This document shows positions 44,663-58,500 of a stretch of 64,000 bases of DNA, in pieces (position 1 is the first letter of the stretch; each line of letters opens with the position of its first letter). Location: assembly GCF_009914755.1 (NCBI RefSeq), contig NC_060927.1. One strand, given 5' to 3'. The notes beneath the pieces are model-generated. The model saw only the letters and a program-made list of their open reading frames with translations. It did not search any database and had not been told where the DNA came from. Both the position numbers and the translations under genes were made by a program. The stretch is from the human T2T-CHM13v2.0 reference genome, Homo sapiens.

Positions 44663-45144
44663 CCTTATTTTCTATAACTCAAGAAAGTAATGCAATGTTC
44701 CGTGAAAGCTGACTGAATTAAGTCCTAGGTCATATTTACTCTGCATAGCCATACTAGATTACTTGAATTGCTTCTACTGTGTAAATATCTATGTCAGTTA
44801 CATTTTTCCTGAAATGTAATGACTGCATAGAATTCTATTGTGTTGGTGTTCCATGGCTTGTGAAACCAAAACCCTATTGCTGGGAGTCTGGATTTTTCCC
44901 ATATTTGGGTCTCGTAGTGGGCATTGTTGCAGTGGAGGCATTGTCCACCTCCTAAAACATCTCATCATATGAAGCTTGGTTTTCCTGGGGAGTACCGTCT
45001 GCATAGATTCCCCATGAGTGGTTTTTGTTTATTTGTTTTTGTTTTCCTTTTTCCCCCTCTAGTTTAAGGGGCCTGTTAGGAACACTATGAAAAGAGAGGA
45101 AAGGCAAACATTTCGTAAGATTAGAAGGGAAGAAAGGAGGGATA

Positions 45145-45174
45145 GGCTGGGTGCAGTGGCTCATGCCTATCATC
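45145..45174 (+). mobile_element. Isolated Alu 5' head (about 30 nt)
   Basis: ggctgggtgcagtggctcatgcctatcatc, then non-Alu sequence. Confidence 0.7.
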
Positions 45175-46179
45175 TGTGGGAACAGAGACCCTTCCAGGAG
45201 GCCAACCCCCAACTTTAGGTCACAGTGAGCCTTCCACTCATCATAAGGTAAGTTACTCAGAACAGGAAAAAATAACACTTGGAAGCAATAAATATAAATG
45301 AATTCAATGAAAAACAGTTTGGCCAATGATATTATCTGGGAGTTAGAGAAATATTTCTGCTTTCCCCTCTGGTAGCTGAGAGAGCAAATAGCCCTAATAG
45401 AGACCAGCAAATAACAGCAATAAAAACTAAAGCCAGTTTGCAAGACTGAAGAGAGATGTCAGCTCCAAGAAGGGAAAGAGAAAGAACTGGAAGTGGAGCA
45501 AAGCAAAGAAATGTAGGCTTAAGCCTATGAGGCACAGGTGGGATTTTTACATTAAGCACATGAGAGACTACAGGGGAAAAGCAGACCAGCTTTATTTTTT
45601 TATGACAGGATCAATAGAATCTAATCAAGTTTTGAATGCAATCAGGGTAAGATGAGAAATACCAAGTAGGTCCTCGTAGGCAGTAACTAGAACATAATGG
45701 TGTCCGGAAGGGATTCCCAGAGTGATGTTCCACATTTCCCTCCAAGCCTGGCTGGGGAGGGAGACTCTGAAATTAAGGAGGGGTGATGTGGTGGTTTCAG
45801 ATTCGTGTCCCCAGAGTTTTAATGCCCTGTTTTGTGATGATTTTTTCTTCTCTGTAGCACTCCCTTGGGACTAGGCTTTTGGCTAAAAAAGGAAATGAAA
45901 GAGAGATGTCCTTCTGGAGGAAGTAGTGAAGAATGTCACAGGCCACTTCTGGGAGGCAAGGGATCAGAAAAGAGGTGCTCCACTGGGAGGTTATGAGGAC
46001 TGGGGGCTCTAAAGGGGTGGGGGTTAAACTCATTTATAATTGCCATGCACACACTGCCCAAGTCACCCCATGTACAAATAATCCAAGCAAAAACAGACTG
46101 CTTGTCATGCAAATACAGCTTCAAGGTACCCAAACAGACATGCCGGTACAATCTCTGTAGCCTTTAAACAGGTGCCCCT

Positions 46180-46359
46180 CTTTTTTTTTCCTTTAGAGAT
46201 GGAGTCTTGCTCTGTTGCCCAGGCTAAAGCAAAGGGGGTACGACCATATCTCACTGCAGCCTCAAGCTCCTGGGCTCAAGTGATCCTCCTAATTCAGCCT
46301 CCCAAGTAGCTGGGACTACAGGTGTGGGTGTGTACTACCACTCCCAGCTAATTAAAAAC

Positions 46360-46397
<38 letters not shown>

Positions 46398-46512
46398 TGA
46401 TAGGGTCTTGCTATACTGCCCAGGCTAGTCTCAAACCCCTGGCCTCAAGAAATCCTTTGGCCTTGGCCTCCGAATGTGCTGGGATTATAGGTGTGAGCCA
46501 CCTCACCTGGCC
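46180..46512 (-). mobile_element. AluJ with an expanded internal poly-T linker
   Basis: Reverse Alu dimer with a T run of about 33 nt at 46363-46396. TSD g(t/c)gcccctctt. Confidence 0.92.
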
Positions 46513-47438
46513 CTGGGCGCCCCTCTTAAGAATTCCCATGTAGGGATTCTGGAGCCACAGCTGGAAGGTGGTTATGATTTGAGTTCATTGATTGTACAAG
46601 GAACACAAGAAAACGTGCAATACCACTTATAGACACTGGTGATGTGCCTGATTTGGTGCCAGATCCTGGAGAGACCATGTGGGTTGGAAGCCAATCCTTG
46701 CCCTTGGGGAACCCACTCAGAGTCTAAGTGGGTGACATAGACATAGTCAATAATGCAACACAGTCAAATCAGCTGCGAAGGGAGGCTGGGGCCATGAGAG
46801 TCAGAGGAGGCTGTTACTAACTTTGACTGGAGCATGGGTCAGGGAAAGGAAGCAGAGATAACGAGTGATTATGATTTCTACATTGATTTCAACCTGATGT
46901 TGGTCTCAGGCCACACAACTCCCTGAGGGAGGTATTGTGACTTCAGGCATATAGTAATTGCTCAAGAAACTTCTGTGAATGTTTGGGTGAATGAATAAAT
47001 GAATGTCTCCAGTGAAGAAACTGGGACTCAGAGAAGAAATAACTTGCTTGAGGTCATGGGACTCAGAGACAGCAAAGCTAAACTTTAGAACTAAGAGCCT
47101 TACTCTCTTTCTATCACATGCAGCATTTGCTGGATGGTGGAGTGGGAAGAGCTAGAAAGAGACAGCTAAGAGGACAATGTAATAGAAACCAACAAAGAAG
47201 AGAGAATCAGATGTCTATTTCCTTCTCATATGGGCAAATTCATATTAGACAGTGAGCACACAGATAATTTCTAATAATATCAGTCTTTAAAAACAAAACT
47301 AAAAAAACTATGGTACTCTCTCTTCACTCTCCAGTATCTAAACGGGTAGTTCTGGTGCTATAATCTAAATTAGCTCCTTAAAAATATTCTCTTTTCAGCC
47401 CACCTTGTTTGGATATTTGATTTAGAAACAACTAATGA

Positions 47439-47775
<337 letters not shown>

Positions 47776-48404
47776 GTGAACTTTTTTTTAAAGTAGGTGT
47801 TTTACATCCCTGTAACTCTAGAAGCTGTTGTCATAGTAACATTTTCCTCTTCGAGTTGCAGAATGAACAGTCCATGGAACCAATGACAATGTAGGTCACG
47901 AGTGAAAAGGGGTCTGGTGGCATTGCTTCAGTGCCCAGTTTGGCATAGCTGGGATTATTAATACTGCAGGCTCCAGAGGGGCTCACACTCCTTGGTTAGA
48001 ATGTTCTGTTCTAGGACTGAGTCCAAAGAGGAGATGTGTGGGCAGGGGAGGGGAGAAGGGGGAAAGCAGAAGGTAAGAAAACGGTGAGGGGAGGCTGGCA
48101 GGAGCTGTCCTGCATGGAGATTCAGAATGGTCTGTCCCCGCTTGTGGCTGTGGGGAGGTAGGTGTGGAGTGCTGGAGCTCAACGTTGTTCCTGATGCATA
48201 ATGGGAATTGGCACCCCCTGCAGTCCAGAATCCATTTGGAGTTGATTTGGGAAGGCCCACATCAATTATCAATATAAAAGTTTTGACTACTGGACATGTC
48301 ACCATTATATACAGCCTGGAAATGTGTTTTAAAATTTTCATTCATTCATTCATGTAGCACACATTTACCAGCTCCTCCTCTGCACCAGGTGCTGAGCTGG
48401 CCAT

Positions 48405-48555
48405 GGCTGGCTTCCTTGGGTGCAACCCATGGGCATGCACATCCCCTGTGCTCAGAAGGACCTTGCTCTTGGTTTAATGCTCTGCTGTTGCGATCTTGTA
48501 CTTGTTCTTGAACCAGGAGCCCCACATTTTCATGTTGTACTGGGTCTTGCATTAA
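48405..48555. mobile_element. MER91-like hAT MITE within an L2 fragment (about 48335-48700)
   Basis: gtgctcagaaggacc...ttggtttaatgctctgctgttgc...gccccacattttcatgttgtactgggtcttgca. Confidence 0.65.
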
Positions 48556-49260
48556 AGGCACAATGTTCAGCAAAGCCAGACCCAATCCCCGCTTTCCTGA
48601 ATCTTATGGTGCAGTGGGAGAGACAGACAGAAACCCAAGCATGATGCAAATAAATGGAGAATTACAACTGTGATCTGTACCATAAGGAGAGGTAGAGGTA
48701 TGTAATGCCAGGAGAGAAGATAGGCCATCATTTTACAGCTCTATGGCTTGACCTGACTATATTCAGAATAGTGGAGGTGGAGCGAAATCATAGTAAAAGG
48801 GATTTAAATTATTGTGGGCGTTCGTTATCAAAAGTTAGTACCACGGGAGACTAACGAGATTTCTGAGAGAGAATGGCAAAATTTCCCCCTCAAGGTTGTA
48901 AAGAATGGGATATCCACCTGTCAAGGAAAGTGCTTTGGTGCAAATCTTTCTCTCTCTCCCTTCCTTCCTCCCTCTGAGTTTTTTTTTTTTTTTAACTTTG
49001 ATAACTGCAGACTTACAGAAAAGTTGAGAGAATATTCCCACATACCCTTTATCCAGATTTCTCAGATGTAACATTTTACCATGTTATCCTATGTGTATCT
49101 GTGTATCTATCTACCTACCTACCTACCGTTTGATCTTAATTGCAGACATGATATAATGCCCCTTTACTGCTGCTATGAACTGAACATTTGTGCCCCTCCC
49201 CCACCCATTCCTATGTTGAAATCCTAACCCTGAATGTGATTTAATAAGATGTGGATCTTT

Positions 49261-49728
49261 ATGGGCAAAGATTTCATGATGAAAATGCCAAAAGCAATTG
49301 TGACAAAAGCAAAAATTGACAAATGGGATCTAATTAAAGTAAAGAGCTTCTGCACAGCAAAATAAACTATCATCAGAGTGAACAGACAACCTACAGAATG
49401 GGAGAAAATTTCCGTAGTCTGTCCATCTAACAAAGGTCTAATATCCAGAGCCTCCACGGAACTTAAATTCACAAGAAAAATTTACAGGAAAAGTTGTACA
49501 AGAAAATTTACAAGAGAAAAAAACAACCCCATTAAAAAGCAGGCAACGGACATCAACGGATACTTCTCAGAAGACATTTATGTGGCCAAAAAACATCAAA
49601 AAAAGCTCAACATCAGTGATCATTAGAGATATGCAAATCAAAACCACAATGAGATACAATCTCATGCCAGTCAGAATGCCTATTACTAAAAAATGAAAAA
49701 ACAACAGATGCTGGTGAGGTTGCGGAGG

Positions 49729-49760
<32 letters not shown>

Positions 49761-50769
49761 AATGCTTTTACACTGTTGGTGGGAGTGTAAATTAGTTCAA
49801 CCACTGTGGAAGACAGTGTGGCAATTCCTCAAAGACCTAGAGGGAGAGATACCATTTGATCCAGCAATCTCATTACTGGGTATGTACCCAAAGGAATGTA
49901 AATCATTCTATTATAAAGATTATGTTCATTGCAGCACTGTTCACAATAGCAAAAACATGGAATCAACCTAAATGCCCATCAGTCATAGACTGGATTAAGA
50001 AAATGTGGTACATATACACCATGGAATACCACGCAGTCATAAAGATGAACAAGATCATGTCCTTTGCAGCGGCATGGATGGAGCTGGAATCCCTTATCCT
50101 CAGCAAACTAATGCAGGAACAGAAAACCAAACACCACATGTTCTTGCTTATAAGTGGGAGCTGAACAATGAGAATGCATGGATGCATGTTGGGGGAACCA
50201 CACACACTGAGGGCCTTCGGGAGTGGGGGTGGGAGAGGGGAGAGTATCAGGAAGAATAGCTAATGGATGCCTGGCTTAATACCGAGGTGATGGGATGATC
50301 TGTGCAGAAAACCACCATGGCACACATTTACCTATGTAACAAATCTGCACATCCTGCACATGTAACCCTTGTATTAGTCCGTTTTCATACTGCTATGAAG
50401 AAATACTGAGACTGGGTAATTCATAAAGAAAAAGAGGTTTAATGGACTCACAGTTCCACAGTGCTGGAGAGGCCTCACAATCATGTCGCAAGGTGAAGGA
50501 GGAGCAAACGCATGTTGCACATGGAGGCAGGCAAGAGCCTGTATGCAGGGGAGCTGCCTTTTATAAAACCATCAGATCTCATGAGACTTATTCACTATCA
50601 TGAGAACGGCATAGGAAAAACCCACTTCCACGATTCAATTACCTCCCACTGGGTCCCTCCCACAACACGTGGGGATTATGGGAGCCACAATTCAAGGTGA
50701 GATTGGGTAGGGACACAACCAAACCATATTATCCCTGAACTTAAAATAAAAGTTGAAGAAAAAAAAAAA
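49261..50769 (+). mobile_element. 5'-truncated primate L1 (old L1PA/L1PB): ORF2 C-terminus plus 3' UTR, disrupted
   Basis: ORF2-like peptides NRQPTEWEKI, ECKLVQPLWKTVWQFLKDLE and MFIAALFTIAKTWNQPKCPS..WIKKMWYIYTMEY in different frames. Poly-A tail and degenerate TSD. Confidence 0.95.
50370..50731 (-). mobile_element. THE1 solo LTR inserted in the L1 3' UTR
   Basis: tgtattagtccgttttcatactgctatgaagaaatac...ggacacaaccaaaccatatta. TSD ACCCT / TCCCT. Confidence 0.93.
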
Positions 50770-51059
50770 GAAGTGTAGCCTTTAGGAGTAATTAGGTCAC
50801 GTGGGTGGGGCCCTCATGAATGGAATTAGTGCCCTTATAAAAAGACATGGGAGAACTTGCTTCCTCTTTGTTAGCAGTCACATGAGGATACAAGGAGAAG
50901 ACGGCCCTCTGTGAACCAGGAAGAGGGCCCTAACCAGACCCAACCATGCTGGCATCCTGACCTTGGACTTTCAGGCTCCAGAACTGTGAGAAATAAATTT
51001 CTATTGTTTAATCCAGTCTACGATATTTTTGTTATAGCAGCCCAAACTGACTAAGACAG

Positions 51060-52100
51060 CTATTAAATACTTAAGAGTCTATTTCCCAAAAACAAGATCA
51101 TTGTCTTACATAACCATAGTAGAGTCATCAAAATCAGAAAATTAACATTTATATATTATTGTCTAATCTACAAATCTTATTCAGATTTTCCTCATTATTT
51201 CACTAATTTCTTTATAGCAAAAAGAAAATCTTGTATCACATGTTGCATTCACTTGTTTTGTCTATTTAATGTCCTTTAATTTGGAACAGTCCTTAGCCTT
51301 TCTTTGTTTTCCATGACGTTGATATTTTTGAAGCATCCAGGCCAGTTTTTGTTTTTTAAATCAGGTGTATTGAGGTATAATCCACATTCAGTAAAATTCA
51401 TCTTATTTAGATGTACAGTTGTCTGGCCAGTTATGTTATAGAATGGCCCCACTTTGACTATCTGCTGTTTCCACATGATTAGAGTCAGTCTGCGATTCTT
51501 TAGTATAAATATACAGGAGGAATGTTGCATTTTTCTCAGTGCATCATAGCAGGAAATACACACTATTTAATTGTTCCCTTACCATTGATATTAACTTTCA
51601 TCTTTTTTTTCCCATTGTAATGTTTCTCTTTTATTCCTTTGTAATTTATATGCATCCTATGGGGAGATGCTTGGAGACTGTGTAAATATTCTTTTAGTCC
51701 TCAACCTTTTCACCCCCTAGTGTTTTTATCCATTGTGATTCTTGCCTGAAAATTATAGATCTGGTGATTGCCCAGTGGTGATTTTCTGTCATTCCTTTTA
51801 CATTCATTGTCTATCTTTCTACTGCAAGAAAGACAACTTCTCCTCTAATTAATTAACTAATTAATTGAGTATATAGGCTTATTCATTCCTATTTTACTCT
51901 ATAGGCTATACTATTTTAGTATCATTATTTATTTTGATGTTAAAATTGTCTCAGATTTGGCCCCTTTAAACCTGCCTCAAATTTGACATGTCCCCATCAT
52001 TCTGTGAGCCTTTTCTTATTTTCTGGCACAGCAAGATGTTCCAAGTTCATCTTGTACTTTCTGTGCCCCAGCCCTGGACTCAGCCATTTCTCCCAAGGAG
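51060..52100 (-). mobile_element. Old L1M (MC/MD-like) fragment, continuing from about 48980-49170
   Basis: taaatacttaagagtctatttcccaaaaacaag...ttctggcacagcaagatgttccaagttcatcttgtacttt...cagccatttctcc. Confidence 0.7.
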
Positions 52101-53285
52101 GGTGCAATTTTCTGAAGGTGCATATGTTGCCTGAAGTCATCTCAATCTTGAGATTCTTTCCAAATTCGTGGAGTAGAACCAGAAATTGGAAGCTTCCGAT
52201 GTAAAATTTTATTCAGGATACTTATCAGGTTCTTTTTTTCTCCTTCAGTTGAATTTGAAGCAACATATCAAAATAATTTATACAGTAAAATTTATAAAAT
52301 AAAGGTTTTCAAAGAGAAAAAAATGGTGACTAAGTGGAGGAAAACAGACATGCCAGCCACAAAAGTTGCCAGCTTGCCCAGAAAAACTTGGCATTCAACA
52401 TTCTGGCAGCAAAATTAAAGGATGGACTGTGTGGGGAGAAGATGCTCAACAGATCACCTTCAGGGACTCTGACCTGCTGGCAAAGGCAGGCAAGCAGCAA
52501 GGAGCTGGGCTTGCACGGCATTGTGGGAATAAAAAGCCTTTCCAGGATGGCCTTCCTACTAGCCGCAAGGGCTGAGCTGCAGAGAGGAAGCAGCGGGGCC
52601 AGGATTTTTTTCTTGAAAGCACTTTGGTGTGTTTTCTAGCTTGTGAAACAGCATTCACCTGGGACCCCACAGTTAGAAGGGAATTACCATTTAAGTGCCA
52701 CATAATTATTCCTGCATGCATGCACTCACTGTCTCACTCAGTAATCTTTGTGGAACACTTTCTAGAAGTGCAGCTACCAGGCCCAGTGGAGGCAAGACCA
52801 CTAGGATCCAGACTTGGCCACCAGTCCAGCAGCCAAGGAAGCAGGGCTGTGCATGATGTCACACCGGATTAAACACTCAACGTGCTTTGAGACGTGCTAT
52901 AGGAATTGGGAGACAACTGTGAACCATCTCTTCTACCCAGAGGAATGTTTCATGAAAGGGCTACTGTTTTATAAAAACATGTAAGTTCACATCACAAAAG
53001 GGCATCTAAGGGAATTCTGGCCAATGGCCCCTGGAGATGCTTGACTTTCTTCTACTACTGGGCCTCGTGGTGAAGCAGGGGTCAAGTAAAATATGCAAAT
53101 GAAGGGAGTGCCATATGTGAATAGGCATTCCATAGTTCCTTCATTTATTTGGTGAATATTTATCGAGGCCCCATTGTGTACTTGGCTCTGTGGGAGATCT
53201 TGGGTGAGCAAAAATGCCCTCAGTTTCTGCCCTTTGAGCACTTGAAATATAATGGCAAAGACAGATATCAGTCAGATTTATTTTA

Positions 53286-53906
<621 letters not shown>

Positions 53907-54362
53907 CTTTTTTAAAAAGTGTGTTATAAGAACTACTCTATATGCTTTCATGAAAGATACTCAGCACTTCCAGGGCAGGATGTTAGGGATGCCTGCCTTG
54001 GGAAAATGACAATGAAGCTGAGAACAGAAGGAAGAGTCAGGGTCACTAGATGGGGCAGGATAGACAGAGGGAACAGGGAGTGCAATGCTTTGGAGGAGTC
54101 AGGGTACATCCAAAGAGAGACAGGCCCATGTGGTTAAAGAGCAGAAATCAGGGGGAGCATGAAGAAATATGATGAGGCTGGCGAGGTGGGAAGGTCCATG
54201 GTGAGGGCTCCTCCAGAGGCACATGGTGGAGAGGTGGTGAGATGAGGGATTGCTGAGCAGATTGTATCAGAAAGCAGGGGATAGAAGTGTGAGCCTAGAG
54301 CAATAACTCTAAGAGATAGAGGAGGGATAGGAGATGAAATTATGAAATGATAGGAATGCTGT

Positions 54363-54750
54363 TGTATTAGTCCATTCTCACACTGCTATAAAGAACTACC
54401 AGAGACTGGGTAATTTATAATGAAAAGAGGTTTAATTGGCTCATGGTTCTATGGGCTGTACAGGCTTCTGCTTCTGGGAGGGCCTCAGGAAACTTACAAT
54501 CATGGTGGAAGGCAAAGGGGAAGGAAGCACATCTTCTCATGGCCAGAAGGAGACAGAGAGAGAGAAGGGAGAAGTGCTACACACTTTTAAACAAACAGCA
54601 CTAGGGGCATGGTGCTAAACCATTAGAAACTGCCCGCATGATTCAATCACCTCCTGCAGGCTCCTCCTCCAACACTGAGGATTATGATTTGACGTGAGAT
54701 TTAGGTAGGGACGTGAGATTTAGGTAGGGACACACAGCCAAACCATATCA
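54363..54750 (-). mobile_element. MSTA/THE1D-type MaLR solo LTR
   Basis: tgtattagtccattctcacactgctataaagaactacc...cagccaaaccatatca. Confidence 0.92.
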
Positions 54751-54949
54751 GGTGGTAACAACAATGAAAAATAGCATCTCCCATTTGTTGAGTGCCCCAT
54801 TTGACTGAGACCTTACTGATAGAAGACAGGTCAAAGGAGAGACAGGGTGAGGGTTAGGATCTATTCAAACAGCATCAAAAATAACTTAGGGCTTAACAAT
54901 TCAATTTCTTACTATCTACACTATAGAATCACTTTCATTCATGAGGCAA

Positions 54950-55985
54950 TCCATCCAAAGATGTTCATTGCAGCAATAATTGTAGTCTAAAAATTGGGAA
55001 CAACATCAATGCCCATCATTATGAGAATTTGTAAATAATCGATGTCACACCCTTTCCATGACACATGTGTGGCAATGGAAGAACAGAATTCTTTCATTGC
55101 TCTGTGTGCTGACATGGAAGCTCTCCAAGACATATGGCTAGGCAGAAAACACGAGGCAGGATAATACGTCAGGATGATATCATTGCTGTAAATGGAAAAA
55201 AAAGCAGTCCTCAAAAAAATACTATCCCTCACCCCTTGTGAGTACATATATGACACTTAAATGCCCAGAGAAATGTGTAGAAGGCTTCAGAGCAAACTGA
55301 AAGCAGTGGTTACCTGGGGAGAGGAAAGAGTCCTGGGGTTAAGATGGTGTCAAGGGGGATTCAGCTTTATCTGTAATGTCTTACTTAGATTACGGAAACT
55401 TCCAAACGTACAAAAATAGGACACTGTAATAAACCCCCAAGTACTGTCACCCACACACTCCCTCCTCCTGGATTATTTTTAAGTACATCCCAGACATTGT
55501 ATTCCATTCATAAATATTTCAGTAAGTCTCACTAACAGATAAGGAAACTTTAAGAAAAACATTATCACAATACCATGATAACAACTAAAAGTATTTAAAA
55601 TTCCTTAGGATTTCAAACACCCAATCAGTGTTCATATTTCTCTGTCTTAAAATTTCATTTTATTTCTTCAAATCTGGACTCAAATAAGGTCCATGCATTG
55701 TAATTGATTGATATGTCTCTTATGTCTTTTGTGCATTTTTGCCTGTGTATCTCTGTTGGGTTGAAGGACTTTGAGTGACTTTGTTGGGTCGAAGGATAAG
55801 GGCATGTGTAATTTTGCTAGATGCTATCAAATTTCCCTCCACAGGGTTGTAGTATTCCTCATTCCCATTGGCAGTGGGCGAGAGTGCCCATTTCCCCACA
55901 GCTTCACCAACAGACTATGTTGTCAAATTTTTGGATTTTTGCCTATCTGACGGATGAGAAGGGGTATCTCATTTTCATATCTTTA
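54950..55985. mobile_element. Patchwork of old L1M fragments
   Basis: gatgttcattgcagca...aaaattgggaacaac; cataaatatttcagta; gagagtgcccatttccccacagcttcaccaacag. Confidence 0.6.
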
Positions 55986-56129
55986 AATTAAATTTCAAAA
56001 GAAAATAGACTCAGGAAGAATTCTGAGTCTGTAGAGGAAAAGAACAATTTGCATAGAAATAATAATATTACCAATTACCATCTGGCACGTATATTATCAA
56101 GGAATGTAGTGTCATATCACCTTTTTAAA

Positions 56130-56365
56130 ATTTTTTTTTTTTATTTTTTGAGACACGGTCTCATTCTGTCACCCAGGCTGGAGTGAAGTGGTGCTATCAC
56201 GGCTCACTGTAGTCTCGACCTCCTGGGCTCCGGTGATCCTTCTACCTCAGCCTCCCAAGTATCTGGGACCACAGGCATGCACCACCATGCCTGGCTCATT
56301 TTTGTGTTTTTGGAGAGATGAGGTTTCACCATGTTGCCCAGGCTGGTGTTGAGCTCCTAGGCCGT
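56130..56365 (-). mobile_element. AluJ lacking its 5' ~65 nt
   Basis: Reverse Alu ending abruptly after ggctggtgttgagctcctagg. Confidence 0.9.
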
Positions 56366-57519
56366 GAGTATCTCCTAGATCCCTTCCTTCTTTCCTACTT
56401 GGAGCCAATTTCTTGAACTCCTGGCAATGTCGATCATCTGTCTTAGTAGTTTGCAGGGCAAAGGGAGGGACATCCCAGGACTTTCCTTGCAGGAGGGCTT
56501 GGGCCAAGGAGCATGGGCTGGATTTTGCCTGAATGCATGGTGAAATTCACCTGCATACAGAGCTAGTGCCCTATTTTTATAATGTTAGAAAAACATCGTT
56601 TTCCTTCCTTTTGTTTTCTTTGAGAAAGATATGAAAATACAATAAGAATGGACTTTAGAAAAAAGGAACCAACTGAGAAACACAAACCTGTCAAACCCAG
56701 ACTTCTAAATGAACGTCCTTCTGTCAAACACCTTTTGATTACTGAGATATTGCTTTGCACATTTTATTATCCACAAAAAAAGATCTGGTTTTAGCCTTGC
56801 AACATTACTCTAAGGAGTGTGACAACTGTCATTCTGGCCATTCTTCAGAGGAGGACACTGAGTCATGGGCCATTTCAGAGGCTCTCCGAGGCCCCATGCC
56901 TCCCAAGGAAGAGGTCCAGACCAAGACTGCAGCTGGTCCAGTCCCTTTAGGGAAGGTTAGTCAGGATCCTCTATAAGATGGACTTGGTCAAACTTGAATA
57001 TCAGAGAAAAAAAGCCTGTTACTTGCTTTCCTTAGCACCTTGAGAGCAGGAACTCCATGTTTTTTCATCTCTGTCTTCTTCGCTTCTCAGCCCTGGGCTG
57101 GCTACTCGGGATCTCATAGGGATTAATGCACAGGGCTGGCCCTCAAGGTGCTGAGGAAGGGGGAGAGGGAGTCATGTGACTGAACTCCCTCCTGTCAACT
57201 TGTTTGTGTGCACATGCATGCCCAGGCTGCACAATGCAAGCATGTTTGGCCGGGCCTCAGAGAAGGTGGGTGTGAGCTCTGGCATCATCACTGGATAGCT
57301 GTGTGGTGTGGAACAGGTCACTTTCTCCCCTTAAGTCTCAGTCATCTCCTCTGAAAAATGGGGCCAATGATCCTGTCATGGGATGCTGTGATGATTACAT
57401 GACATGAGTGTAGAAGGGCCTGATGACATGGTCAGTGCAGTGCCTGGCATGCAGTAGATGCCCAGGACACATGGATTGACTCTGATCCAGTAAACTCCGT
57501 GGAGTGCTAGGAGCTGAAA

Positions 57520-58003
57520 TTATCACCGAGCAATCAATGGGCTTACTGCCTGATGTGCATGGAAGCCAATACCATGGCACCAGCTTTTGAGAAAAGAAAA
57601 GCTTTATTGTAGTTGACTGGCAAGAAGACAGGAGAAAACACTCAAATCTCTATCCCCAAGCTGGGGTTTGGGTCAGGTTTTATAAGAACAGGGTAATGAG
57701 GTGTGATCAGATTGGATCTTGCAATGAGGTGATGCCAGGGTGCATAATCTGATTGGATCCTGCCATGGGATGATGCCAGAGCTCGATCTGATTGGATCCT
57801 GGATCCTGCTGTGCAGTGTCCACTTCTTAATTTAGTCCCTCCTCCTCAGTCCAAGCCCTTAGGTTCCCCCTGTGGGTTGCACACTTGGTTCACCTGGTAA
57901 TGCTCAGATTATGTGACTTTTAACCTGGGGGTCCATGGCCACTGAAAAACAACTCACCATTTGTTACATAAAAGTTGAACCAGATTGGTGTGATGTGGTT
58001 ACA
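57520..58003 (-). mobile_element. ERV1-class (MER4-group-like) solo LTR, family uncertain
   Basis: The minus strand starts TGTAACC, followed by three CCAATC boxes, TATAAAA (about 57678-57684) and AATAAA (57603-57608) in U3-R order. Confidence 0.75.
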
Positions 58004-58478
58004 AAGGGACCTTGGAGGTCAGTATTCATTCTTCTCATCATCTGTGGGAGAAGCTGGTGGGGAGGAGGGACTTGCTTCGATTTGGGGCAGGGCTGGCCCT
58101 GGAACCTAGCCTTTGGACCCCCAGTTAGGCCCTCCCTGCCACACCGGACCAGGTCAGCACTCAGCCCCACAAACACACCTGGGCTTCTGTACTTGTACGT
58201 TCTCAGTTCGCTCCCATTTCCTTTCCACGAGTGCCCAGCCCCCTACACATAACCCCTTTTGAAAACAGAACAAGTAACTGCTTCTGTGCCTTTGTCTTTG
58301 AAATATGTTTTGAATCGATTGCTTTTCTTTACTAGGTGGGTTTTTGGTGTTTTGTCTACCTCCTACTTCCCATCAATCATAAATGCCTGCGAAAATTCAG
58401 CACAGGGTTGTAAAGAGAGAGAGGTCAGTTGGTAGCAAATCCTCAATCCCTCCACGTACTTCTTCCCCTACAAGAACT

Positions 58479-58500
58479 TAACAACAACAACAACAACAAC
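58479..58500. repeat. (AAC)n microsatellite
   Basis: Directly visible, about 7 units. Confidence 0.9.

Larger units (their letters stand above)
49171..51058 (+). mobile_element. MLT1A/MSTD-type LTR split by an L1 insertion (parts about 49171-49260 and 50770-51058)
   Basis: 5' part tgctatgaactgaacatttgtgcccc...tatgttgaaatcctaacc. 3' part taattaggtcac...gtgagaaataaatttct...ctgactaagaca. Confidence 0.85.

Noticed and set aside
44952-45443. 163-aa minus-strand ORF
   Set aside because: No recognisable domain, it includes antisense Alu-head sequence, and its composition is typical of non-coding DNA.
49378-50164. ORFs similar to the L1 ORF2 C-terminus
   Set aside because: They are fragments in different frames of a 5'-truncated, frameshifted L1 with no RT or EN domain, so not a functional CDS.
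57690-57810. Regularly spaced short repeats superficially like a CRISPR array
   Set aside because: These are degenerate tandem units inside an LTR in a human sequence, with no unique spacers or cas genes.
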